From Amoebophrya sp. A120 (lineage: Eukaryota; Protista; Dinoflagellata), in NCBI GenBank assembly GCA_905178155.1, contig CAJINV010000002.1:6676476-6740475 (forward strand): DNA of 64,000 bases, written 5' to 3'. Both the position numbers and the translations under genes were made by a program. The notes under the pieces were generated by a model, which worked only from the letters and a program-made list of their open reading frames with translations, was not told the DNA's origin and ran no database searches. This document shows, piece after piece, positions 11,973 through 23,007 of this stretch; within the stretch, counting starts at the first letter, position 1, and the number at the start of each line of letters is the position of its first letter.

Positions 11973-14900
11973 ATGATGGCCGCAGCTACAAAGGGCAACA
12001 AGACCAGGAACACCATGGAGGGTCGCGAGCTGCAAGAAGAGCCCGTGTCCTTCTGGCGACCGAGTCGGAACGGCCTGTTTTCCGTCTACACACATTTTCC
12101 TGAGGTACTGATACTGTACGTTGATTTCGTTTTTTCTTTTTTTCGTTTCACCCTATTATTTCTGGTCGTATTACCTACCGCGCGGACTATAAAACGAGAC
12201 TTCATGTTCATGCATGATTGTCTCACTGTTAGTCTTTGTCGTGTATAACCTCACCTCCTGTAGCTCCCCCACCCCAACAGGTCGCCCGAATTGGGACCGA
12301 TTACCACTGGATGCCCGCGTACTGCAAGATGAACCACAAAGTTGGTAAGAAAGAGTCCGACGAAATCCGACCACACGATTTCAAATGCATGGCGACCAAT
12401 CAGATTGGCGAGTTCGCAGCGGAGGTTTCAGGTACAGCAGTGAAAGTGTCCATGTCATTTTTGCATGCATGAGCATGGCCACTTGACTACACCCACGGGA
12501 AACAAACTTTCTTTGATGATCAGACAAAAAAGCTTTTACAATTAGCATGGCATGATAAACAATTTGTAGTCCTCGTGTCAAGGTCTGGAACTTAGTAGCA
12601 TCGAAAATATCTCGTCGTTCAAAAGAATCGGTATGCATGGTTCATTCAAAATCAAACACGACAGAATTCATCCCCTACGTCGTCTGCGAGATCCTCTTGT
12701 ACATTTTTGCCATGTTGTTTTGGAAATCGCCCGCTTTCCGAGACTCCCACCACGTGTTTGTCGACATGTTTTTGCTGAAGAAAAAGTTCCCAAAACTCTT
12801 CGACATGATGGCGGACAAGGAGCAGCAGCAGGCCTTCTACGAAGACCGCTACAGAGAGTCTCTGAGTGAGGCGGAAGCTGCAAGTGAGGGTGAGCTGCAA
12901 ACGAGTAGTCGCTTCCTGCCGTCGCTGAAATTGCGGTTTCCAAGAAGGTGAGGAAAAATGCAACAGAACTTGTGATTGTGTCGTGAGTTCGTTATGCACC
13001 GTGTGGACCTGAGTCCGTTTTAGTTCCATTGGAGCTTCCTTCGTTGCTTTTCATTCGTTGTATTTTAAAACCACTTCTGATTTTTCGTATCAATCACATC
13101 AGGTACAACCCCCTGAACGTGGAGACGCTCCCGGCGCAAGTCATAGAGGACACCAGCATTTTCTTCTCTTCCACCGCGCACGGTGGACCACTCGAGCAGA
13201 CTCCGGAAGTAGACACAGCAGCAGCAGCTGCCACGACCTCGCTGCAGAACAAATCGCGTGCCACCCTCTGCTCGACCGTCGCCACCGCGTCGCCGGATAC
13301 AACCACTTCCGGCGGTCCCAGCGAAGACGACGCTCTGACAGATCCGGACTCAATCGAGAACAAATCCATCACCAGCACGGACGAGGAAAATTTGAAGCGC
13401 AGCAGTCCGCCACTCAGCCCGACCTGTAGTAGTTCAACGAGGGCCGGTGCGACTAACTCCACGGATACGGTCGTGAATTCGGCGGGCTCAACAACGTCGA
13501 CTGCTTCTTCGAGAAGTTGCCCTGGTGCTAGTGGGTCGTCCTCGTTCCCGGCAGGAGCCAGCGCTTGCTCGTCGACTTCCAGCTCGAAGACCAGCGTTTG
13601 TAACTACAACACGACCAGCTCACTCGTCGCGCTGGAGGAGGACAAAGAGCTCGGGAAACTACCCGAACTTCCCAGACTACCTTATGAGATTCTCAATTGT
13701 TACATGAATTTGTCATGCAAATTTACCACCAAGATCGCCGCGGTTGAGCTGCTTCGCATGACAAATATCCGAAGGGCTAAACAGCATCTAAATCTGTGCC
13801 AAATCTGTAATGCAAAAGGCGCAATCTTCCCCCTTTCACTTTCGCCGTTCTTGCGTTACAAACTCATGCAACAGCTGAGAGTGTAACATTTGAGAACGCC
13901 ATATGCCTTCCGCGATGCAGGCGGTGGAGAAGGTTCCGGTGTTCAAAAACTGCAACAAGGACTATGAGAGTACACAACTCCCCCTCACCCTCATTTGTAA
14001 TGCAAAATCTCAAATCCAAGTTGTGCCTCTTGGCACTGTTTGCATGACAAGTTCTGGTAGCCCAAATAGCACTACACTGCAGTGTAAATTTCTTTGTCAT
14101 GCAAAACCGGCATTCTTGCTGATACTTGTATTGCCGTTCATGCTAATATAACTCCTATTGCTGAGCTGCGCGAGTTAAAACTTTGCGACGGGGAGGAAAA
14201 CCGCCCACGTCGAAACTTTTTTCGCAGTTTTCAAACTTTCCAAAGCTTTTGCGAGTTCGCCCATCGCCCAATGTCCATCGCCCAGTCGCCCACTGTCCAT
14301 CGTCCAATGTCAGTCGCACAATGTCCATCGCCCAACGTCCATCGCGCAACGTCCATCGCCCAATGTCCAAACTTTGCGCCGGGAAGGAAAATCGCCCATG
14401 TCGAAAATTTTTTTGCAATTGTCGAACTTTCGAAAGCTTTGGCGAGTTCGCCCACCGCCCAATGTCCATCGCCCAGTCGCCCAATGTCCATCACCCAGTC
14501 GCCCAATGTCCCTCGCCGAGTCGCCCACGGTCCAAACCATCGCCCAACACCCATCGCACAATGTCCAAAGCACAACGTCCATCGCCCAATGTCCGTTGCC
14601 CAATGTCCATCGCCCAATCCCAACAAAAATACTCTTTCCGTTTGCAATATTTCTAAGAAGAAACATCTTGCAACCCCCGACAAAATTTTTTTCCGTTTTC
14701 GCGACTTCTTTCCCGTTTTCAAAACTCCCAACCAAAAATAGCAAATATTTTCCAACTCGAAATATTTTGCAACGCGAAATATTTTGCGCGTGGAAATATT
14801 TCGCCATCCGAAATATTTTCCAACCCGAAATATTTTGCGCCGCGAAATATTTTGCGCGTGGAAGTATTTCGCCATCCAAAATATTTTGCAGCTCGAAATA

Positions 14901-17900
14901 TTTTGCAACGCAAAATAACTCCTATTTTTGCTGGGCTGCGGAACTTAAAATTTTGCAACAGGGAGGAAAATCGCCCACGTCGGAATTTTTTTTGCAGTTT
15001 TCAAACTTTCCAAAGCTGTCGAGATTTGCATGCGAAATCGGCCAACGGCCAACGGCGAACCGCCCAAGCCCCATCGCAGACGTCGAATCGCCCAAGTCCC
15101 ATCGCAACTCGAACTATTTTGCAACCCGAAATATTTTGCAACTCCAAATATTTTGCGGCTCAAAATATTTCGCGAGTCCAAATATTTCGCAACTCAAAAT
15201 ATTTCGCAAGTCCAAATATTTTGCAACTCAAAATATTTTGCGACCCAAAATATTTCGCGACCCAAAATTAATGCGAATCGCCCAACGCTGAATCGCCCAA
15301 GTCCCATGGCAAACGGCGAATCGCCCAACGGCGAATCGCCCAAGTCCCATCGCAAACGGCGAATCGCCCAAGTTCTATCGCAAACGGCGAATCGCCCCAG
15401 TCCCATCGCAACTCGAAATATTTTGCAGCTCCAAATATTTTGCCGCTCGAACTATTTTGCAACTCCGAACATTTTGCAACTTCAAACATTTTGCGGCTCA
15501 AAATATTTCGCAAGTCCGAATATTTTGCAACTCAAAATATTCTGCAGCTCAAAATATTTCGCAAGTCCAAAAATTTTGCAACGCAAAATATTTTGCGATC
15601 CAAAATATTTCGCGACCCAAAATATTTTGCGGCCCTCCCAAAATATTTCGCGGCCAAAAATATTTCGCGACCCCAAATATTTTGCAACAATCTCCCAACG
15701 CCCTGCCTCCCCGGTTTTGCAACACGGGGAAAGCGGGAAGCACGGGGAAAGCGGGAAGCACGGGGAAAGCGGGAAGCACGGGGAAAGCGGGAAGCACGGG
15801 GAAAGCGGGAAGCACGGGGAAAGCGGGAAGCACGGGGAAAGCGGGAAGCACGGGGAAGGCGGGAAGCACGGGGAAAGCGGGAAGCACGGGGAAAGCGGGA
15901 AGCACGGGGAAGGCGGGAAGCACGGGGAAGGCGGGAAGCACGGGGAAGGCGGGTGGGAAGCACGGGGAAAGCGGGAAGCACGGGGAAGGCGAGAAGCACG
16001 GGGAAAACGGGAAGCACGGGAAAAGCGGGAAGCCCGAGGAAGAAAAGCGGGAAGCACGGGGAAAACAAGCGGAAAACACGGGGGAAACACGCGGGAAGCA
16101 CGGGGGAAACAAGCGGGAGGCACGGGGAAAGCGGGAAGCACGGAGAAAGCGGGAAGCACGGGGGAAGCGCGCGGGAAGCAAGGGGAGGGCGGGGAGCACG
16201 GGGAAAGCGGGGGGCACGGGGAAAGCGTGCGGGAAGCACGGGGAATGCGGGAAGCACGGAGAAACAAAGCGGGGAGCGCGGGGAGAGCACGAGGAGAGCG
16301 AGAGGCCCTGGGAAAGCGGGAAACACGGGGAAAACGGGAAGCACGAGCGGAGGGCACACAGACGGTGGGGGGCCCGCACCGCGAACGCCGCCGGCGGCCA
16401 AGCACCAGGCGAGCAGCTGCCCACCAACCTCCCCCGGCGCCCTCCCTCTGTTCGCGCAGGGAAAGCCGCACCCCAGCACCACGCTTCCAGGCGAGCAGCT
16501 GCCCACCACCCTCCCCCGGCGCCCCCCCTCTGTTCACGAGGGGACCGGCAGAGGGCGCCACCGTCCGCCGTCTCTGTCTTGGAGGGTGCGCGCGAGGGAA
16601 GCAGGCGGGGGCGGGACAGATTGCATGCGGGCTAACGCGGGGGGCGCCGTTGTCCGGGGGTGCTGGGGGAGGGTGATGGGCCCCTGCGCCTGGGGGGGGC
16701 AATGAATGCCCCAAACCGGCGCCCGTCCGGTCCCCCATGCACGCGCGGCGCGCGACAGGGGCCCCAGCAAGCCCCTGCTCTGCAAGGCTGCGCGCGGGAG
16801 AAGGGCGGGGGGCGGCACCAAGGCGCGCAGGGGCGGGGCACACACGCAGGCGGCACGAACGGGCCACACCACAGACGCGCGGGCGGGGCGGCACGCGCCA
16901 GCGCCTCGCATGGCGCGGGCTGTTCCCCTGCTTCCTTCCTCCGTCCACTGGCGCCTGCCCGCTGCCGCGCTTTGCGTTGTTGCTGGGGCATAAGGCCTGC
17001 CGCCACGCAAGCGCGCGCCCTGTGCGGGCGGAGTCCTCGCGCTCGCACAACGACGGGAGCCACGGGCGCCATGGCGCTCCGCCTTCGTTTTTTCAGCAAG
17101 AAGCGGCGCAGATGCCTGGCCCCGCCCTGCGTCAAAGATTTTTCCCTTGCCCACCCTCTGGCGTTTTTCTTTCCACCCTGTCCACTCGTTCACCCTCCCA
17201 CTGCGCGACATAAGCTGCAGCCTTGTACAAATGAGGGGGAGGGGGAGTTGTGCACTGTCATAAGGACCATACGCTCGACATTAAGGAACACGCCGAATTC
17301 GACGGGGACGCGGTGCCAATCTTCGTGAAGCCGAAGCGGGGGGCGTACGGCGAAGACTGCCACATCCGCGACTTGCGAAGTGTGGTGCACAAGGTGTATG
17401 AAGCAAAAGCGAAGAGCGGTTGCAGAAGTTCTACTGGTGGAGCAGGACGAGACTCCAGTTGTACTTCGTCATCTTCGAGCAGCTCATCTTCCAGGTCCTC
17501 GTCTCTAGCACCTTCGCAAGGAGCTGAACCAGATTCCTCCTCCTGGACCTGCGACCACGAGTGGACGAAGAAGCGCGTGGAATTTCTCCTCTTTGAAGAG
17601 CTTCTGACCAACGCGAAGCCCTTCCAACAGGCCATGAAGGCCGGCGGCATCATCAATTCACTCGCGCACCCGCTAGTCACCTTGCGCATCTGGACGAAAC
17701 GGTTCCACGAGGACAAAAATGACTACGTCGCCGCGTTGCTCGTCGGCCCCGAGGATGAGGAAATCTCGAATTCGAAAAAGAACAGCTGTTACAAGGTCGT
17801 GAAGATGCCCAGCGAGCAGGTCGTGGCTCAGGATGCTGAAGAGAATAGTACGAAAGTTAGATACGGTGTGAGGAAATCAAAAAAACACCCGTGGGTCGAG

Positions 17901-18298
17901 ATCCCGGATTTCGCGGAAATTCTCAGGACCTGCGAGTGGGCCGCGGATCAAACACCGGAACTGCCGATGCTCGGTAATATTATAGTGACGGTCTTCATTC
18001 ATATTCCTACTTGGATTTGACAAACTGAATCTACGTACATCGATAGGATTCTGAGTTTTCCAGTTCCACCTCTAATTTGTATTTGCGTCAAAAACGCCAC
18101 GAATATGATAATATAGCTACGAACAACTTATTTTTTTTTCTTGTTTCAGGTTCCGACTTCGCCGTTTGTGCCGATGGTTTCTACCTGTTAGAAGTAAACC
18201 CGATGTGTTCCTACACGCGGTACGCGCACGTGCTTGGCCATTTCTACACCGAGGAGGAGGTGGACTTGTACGTCCGGAGGCAGAATTTGAGTTCCTGA
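11973..18298 (+). CDS. ATP-grasp fold protein (~684 aa). Exons 11973-12104, 12281-12431, 12665-12947, 13103-13682, 13909-13962, 17268-17973, 18150-18298
   Basis: The spliced product contains PIFVKPKRGAYGED and MLGSDFAVCADGFYLLEVNP, the KP..G..G and G.D....LEVN motifs of ATP-grasp enzymes. Exon sum is 2055 nt, in frame. Substrate unknown. Confidence 0.72.
12105..12280 (+). other. Canonical GT-AG intron
   Basis: GAG|GTACTG...CAACAG|GTC, phase 0, joins ORFs 11973 and 12236. Confidence 0.7.
12432..12664 (+). other. Canonical GT-AG intron
   Basis: G|GTACAG...CGACAG|AA, phase 1, joins ORFs 12236 and 12637. Confidence 0.6.
12948..13102 (+). other. Canonical GT-AG intron
   Basis: AG|GTGAGG...CATCAG|G, phase 2, joins ORFs 12637 and 13029. 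Confidence 0.7.
13683..13903. mobile_element. Introner family C copy, opposite orientation to 10273 (221 bp)
   Basis: Ends TTGAGAACGCCATA, the reverse complement of the 10273 start. Internal CGAAGGGCTAAACAGCATCTAAATCTGTG is the reverse complement of sequence at ~10384-10412. TSD TACCT/TGCCT. Removing 226 nt gives RLP-SAMQAV. Confidence 0.9.
14145..15700. repeat. Composite satellite: CGCCCAATGTCCAT-type units, CGAATCGCCCAA-type units and AAATATTT(T/C)GC units, plus a ~100-bp higher-order unit (14148, 14916, partial 14369)
   Basis: Directly visible. More than 25 copies of the palindromic AAATATTT core at ~18-19 bp spacing in three clusters. Confidence 0.9.
15722..16345. repeat. 18-bp minisatellite GCACGGGGAAAGCGGGAA
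   Basis: About 12 near-perfect copies up to ~15950, then degenerate copies; strong purine strand bias. Confidence 0.95.
17974..18149 (+). other. Canonical GT-AG intron
   Basis: G|GTAATA...TTTTTTCTTGTTTCAG|GT with a polypyrimidine tract; restores MLGSDF. Confidence 0.8.
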
Positions 18299-20168
18299 CT
18301 CGAAGACGCCGGCGCGGAGAAGCGCATACACGGAGCTGCGCGAAAGTCTCCACATAGTTGCTGTCAACAAGAACGACCAACACGATTGAAACCAGTTTTT
18401 ATGCCCATATGAATATTTCTTTCTAAAGTTCGAGGCGATAGTTAGTTTCTCAGTTCCAAGACACCTAAAGATTCCAATTTTCATGCCGATAATTCAAGAA
18501 ATAGAAACACACCGATTTTAAGATTCAATTCTCAACACGCTGTAGTAAATTACAAATTTTTGGCTGATGCAGCTGAACTTTGTTGAAGGTAGGCCACTGA
18601 TTGTCAAGTATTTTTGTGTACACATGGCTCCTGGAGAGAAGTTGAAGTCAAGGGCACGGCCCGGGCGGCACGACTATCAGTGAAGCAAAAACTGCTAGAT
18701 CATGAACCAGCCAGGTCAAACCCTAAAAGTAAACCAAAATCCGGAAGCAAGTATTTTGACTCCGCACTGTCTTGTGTTACCAGTTTTCGTGCCTGTAAAC
18801 AAGGAAACTCGATGCTACATAAAGAGAACAATTTATGTGAGAACGCAATTTTGGACGTAGACCGCATAGTTTGCACAGAACACGAAATTGACACTAAAGG
18901 TTTTAACTTTAAGTCTAACAAGCTGAGGCGTTGTACTCGACGGGTTCTTTTTCCGGCACCGGCTTTTGTACTCTTGCCCCGTTTGTTATTGTTTAGCGAG
19001 TGATAGATAAGATTCTGGTAGCTCATTTTGCATTCAACGGATGCTATCCCTGTGCCTAATTGAGTCATTTAAAAAATGGAAGAAGTCAAGGGGTGAAAAA
19101 GACGATGGCTTCTTTCGCACAATTTTTGAATTTTCAAGCAAGTGGTTGGCGTCATTGCTGCAAGTGCCACAGCGAGGAAGAAGCCGCATCTTCTGGGTTA
19201 GCGAAGTAGGTACACCGACGCAGATGAATCCTTTACAATAGCTTTATTACGTCGACCTCGACGCTAGTTTGTACAAAACGGAACAAGAAATCAAATATCA
19301 GCACTTGCTATTGCTTCCTAGTGATCGACCCTGAGCCTAATTTTATCAACCTCTCGTGGTATAGATTTTTCTCTCTATTAACGCAAGGACTCTCGTTAAC
19401 TTGTTCGAACTAGTACCTGCCACTCATGAAGAATTTCAATTTGGGCGTATCTTGCGACAGAAGCAAATTAGTAACAGCCACAAGAAGAGGTAGAAGGGCA
19501 AGCTGCGCACGCGTTCGGGTACAGGAGATAATTTTAATTGCTGCAAAAATGAACATCGTTCATTGATTCTTTTTACTCCATGGACGCTGACGATGATGGA
19601 AGTCCAACCGCTGCCGAAGTTCCAGCGTAATTGCCAGCGAGTGGTGATAGTCCTAGTGCTCGTCATCTGCGGGCATGATATGCAGTACCTTTCTCGCTCC
19701 GCCTTTGTTCTAAGAGAGAGCGTTCTTTTCTGGCGTTGTATCAAAGACACTGAGGGACTTATTTTTCTTGTGTTTGCGCTGTACTCAAACTCATCTTTTT
19801 TGTTTGGAGCGACATGCTGTATAAACATCAATGTGAACCAACGTGAACGAAGTGTGGTTGCTCGACCATTTTTGCTGATTTGTTTTTTGATCTCGTGAGT
19901 TTTTGCTGTCGAATAAACGCAAATGACGCAGAGTCCCTTTGGTAAGAACATCGCTTAATGAAGCTTTTCGCAAAAAGATCTTCCATGATGCACTGTTCCC
20001 CACGGTGGTTGCGCGGCCCTTCGTAGCCCCCACGACCAACTCTTCCAACTACTTGTACAAAACTATAAACGCGTCAATTTCTACTTGTTGCCAAAGTGCA
20101 AAGTTAGTAACGAAACTGCAACTACACTTTCACTAACCTGTAAGAACCATTGAAAGAATTTGAAGAAC

Positions 20169-22185
20169 ATGATGTCGAGCCTACCTCTTGTACCACCCTG
20201 GCTCAGTGGCTTCTTTTTCCCACCTGCTGGAGGAGATGACGGATCTTCGGCATTGTTTCCCTTCACTTCATCCGCCGAGCCTCTCCTGCGTCCCGCCCTC
20301 CTGCTCGATCCAATCGATCCCAACACGCTTTTTGCCTTCCTACTTCTCATCTTTCTGGACATTCTGGGCTTCCCGTCCTTGTGGGACGAAAGGCTCTTCC
20401 GTCGGGTAATCCACCATGCGGCCACCGGCAGCTTCTTCCCCTGGCGAGTGCTAAACGCGCCTATTCTGGTGCAGCTGAACAAAGGTCGTGTAGCGGATGT
20501 TGACCCAGCTGCAGCTGCACTCAGTTCTTCTCACTCACAAACGGCGTCACCGCTATCCGAAGCGGATATCGAGCGTGTTTTGAAAATGTGTGACGAGAAC
20601 GGCGCCGAGGAGCAGTATTTTCGAGAAGTGCAGGGACTTAACACGAAGTCGGCGCTGCTATCGAAGTATAGCGAATGTTGCACAGAAGTCCTCGTAGGGA
20701 TCCACTTTGGTTTTTCAATTGAGTACTTAATATCAACTTGAACCACGCACACGCTCGTGCTTTCTCTGCTGAACGTCGGTGAAATTGGGACGCTGGCTAA
20801 GAAATCCTAATCAATTCTCATTTATCAAGTGGAAAATAAAACGAAATCATCTGATCACATCAGGATGGCCGGCGGGCAGTTTTCTTCCCGATCTACGCTT
20901 TATTACAACGACTTCACGGAGAAGGGCCGCAAAATCATGCTCGACGTGGGCGAGAACCTCCGCGAAAAGCTCGGCGAAATTCTCGACCTCGAAAACGTAC
21001 ATGATAACTTCAAGCTTGGCACCTCCGACTTCCGGTGTTGCCTACTCCGCTACGAGGGGAAAAACGCAAACTTCGGCTTCCACTACGACACCGAGCCCTG
21101 GAACTGTTTCCGGTGCTTGTTTCTGATCAAGCGGGGAGTGCCGAAAGTCTCCCCGTTCCTCTACAAAGATGGAGCCGGTGAGTTGCAAAAAGTTCCGTTA
21201 AGCCAACCGGGCGACGGCTTGGTGTTCCAGGGAACGCGGTTGTTTCACGGGGTCGCGAAAACCAACGAGGACGACAATCTGCGGTACATGCTCGGGTTTC
21301 AGTACCGGTTTGGAGAGGACTTGGAGGTGAAGAGAAAGAATTTCTGCAACCAATTCCGAGGGAAGAACAGCGTTTTCGGGTCCTTGATGGAGATCCTGTC
21401 GAAAACTTTACCGGTTCTGGTGCTGAAAGAAGCACTCTTTCCCTCGACGCTGATGCGTCACGTGCTGGAAAAATTTGACGTCGATATGGGAACAAACGCA
21501 GCCCTATCGACATCCCTTTCATCTTCGCGCGGGCGTGTTTTCGGATCATCCCTGTTGACTGTACTAGTTCTTCCCGAGGACGTTGCTCTTGAAGACCTAT
21601 TGACAGTGGTACAGATGCCAAATAAGCTAACAGCCATCTGCATCGCACTACTCATTCTGATCGCGTTTACGAAATCTGCGCTGGTGCGGAGAATACCTTT
21701 TGTGCTTTTCTGCGGAGCGGGGAGAAGAAGAATCACAACAACATCGTCCACAACGGCATCAGCGTCAGGAGAAGAGCAAAACGAAGAGCCCATTCTGGAC
21801 GCTGCCCTTCCCGCCTTCCAAACGCAGGCCACGCCGCGGTTGCTTTCCTGCTGGATCATTCCGCTCGCGAGTTTGTTTTTCGTCTGTGGACCGGATCCCG
21901 TGCTGGTGCTGTTGTTTGCGGCGTATCTGTGTTTAACGGAACACTTGCTACCCGCACGGTTTTATCCTGTGCAAAAGTATCGTACTCGTAGTAATTGCAG
22001 TCATGCAAGACAAGTGTCTTTTTCAAGCTAAATCAGCATGGGGAATTCCATTTCTCATGATGAGCTAATTTGTATTGCAATACTACGAGTGCGATACTTT
22101 TGCAGTTCATAGGTTTGTGGACATATTGCTCGAAGACAAACGCAAGTCGCTGGAAGTCGTGAGAAAAGGGCGAAGAGTCATGTAG
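20169..22185 (+). CDS. 2OG-Fe(II) oxygenase-domain protein with hydrophobic C-terminal segments (~554 aa). Exons 20169-20665, 20864-21962, 22117-22185
   Basis: FGFHYD (HxD), GDGLVFQGTRLFHGV (distal His) and RYMLGFQY (2OG-binding Arg strand). Exon sum is 1665 nt, in frame. Confidence 0.8.
20666..20863 (+). other. Canonical GT-AG intron (198 nt)
   Basis: AA|GTATAG...CATCAG|G gives LLSK-MAGGQF and removes the in-frame stop at 20739-20741. Confidence 0.7.
21963..22111. mobile_element. Introner family A copy (149 bp); readable as GT-AG intron 21959-22112
   Basis: ~29-bp sub-terminal IR TGCAAAAGTATCGTACTCGTAGTAATTGCA / TGCAATACTACGAGTGCGATACTTTTGCA; TSD GGTTT. Removal gives PARF-VDILLED...RVM*. 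Confidence 0.9.
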
Positions 22186-23007
22186 ATGCGGTTGATGTTG
22201 GAATCAGTTTCAGTAATCAGATGGTGCAGGTGCACGTACATCTCACGACACAGCTGTGGAATCAAAGACTTGGTCTCGCAGCCCCGGTATCTGCAGCGCG
22301 CCAGGCGCTGGACTACAAGGTGGCATTTGGTCGTAGTGTTAGCCAGCTACCTCTGTTGACATGACATCATGAATAGTAGACGCAAACAAGAAGATTATTG
22401 CACAGATGAAAAGAACCTGTATGACGAGAATCAGAGACAGGAAGCTTCGCTCATGCGAGGATGTGAGTATCAACACTAGAAGCACTGTTCGAACAAAATT
22501 TCTCTCTTTGAGAAATTTAGAAGGCGATCCCCTCGTTCACTCTGAGACGACATCAACAAATTTCGTGCCTTGATGTCAATTTTGGTACTCCCTTCGGTGC
22601 TGCACCTGCAGCTATAGGATTTTCTATTTCCCAGCAACCCTCGCACCCGAAAGTGCTTGAGCACCTTCCATTTGCTTCCGATCTTCCGCTGGAACTAGAG
22701 ACAGCGACCCTTCATAACATCTATGAAGATGTCGATCTTTTGTGATGGTAGTTTCCTCGGTCCTCGTCTGACGGCTGCTCTAGCCTGCATCGAGCAACGC
22801 GAAGATCTCCAAGTATTTAGATGCCTCGAATGATGGATCACGATCATTATTCATCTTGGCATTGCATCGAACCGCGTTCGAGTTCGTGTCTATGCTGTAA
22901 GTTAATTCCAGAACATGAAGTGAACATGAAGAACTAAAGACACCACTGCAGGCGGTGCCTGTAGTCTCTCTCTACTTACTTTCGTTGCAACTTGATCATA
23001 AAGGAAA

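Larger units (their letters stand above)
13963..17262. mobile_element. Introner family D copy expanded to 3300 bp by a nested ~3.07-kb repeat block
   Basis: TIR TATGAGAGTACACAACTCCCCCTCACCCTCATTTGTA / TACAAATGAGGGGGAGGGGGAGTTGTGCACTGTCATA; perfect TSD AGGAC (13958-13962, 17263-17267). Removal gives CNKD-HTLDIK. The first ~180 bp align to the reverse complement of the 34247 element. Confidence 0.9.

Noticed and set aside
14094-17328. Long ORFs on both strands (up to 548 aa)
   Set aside because: Translations are periodic by-products of stop-poor satellites and GC-rich DNA inside an intron-like element.
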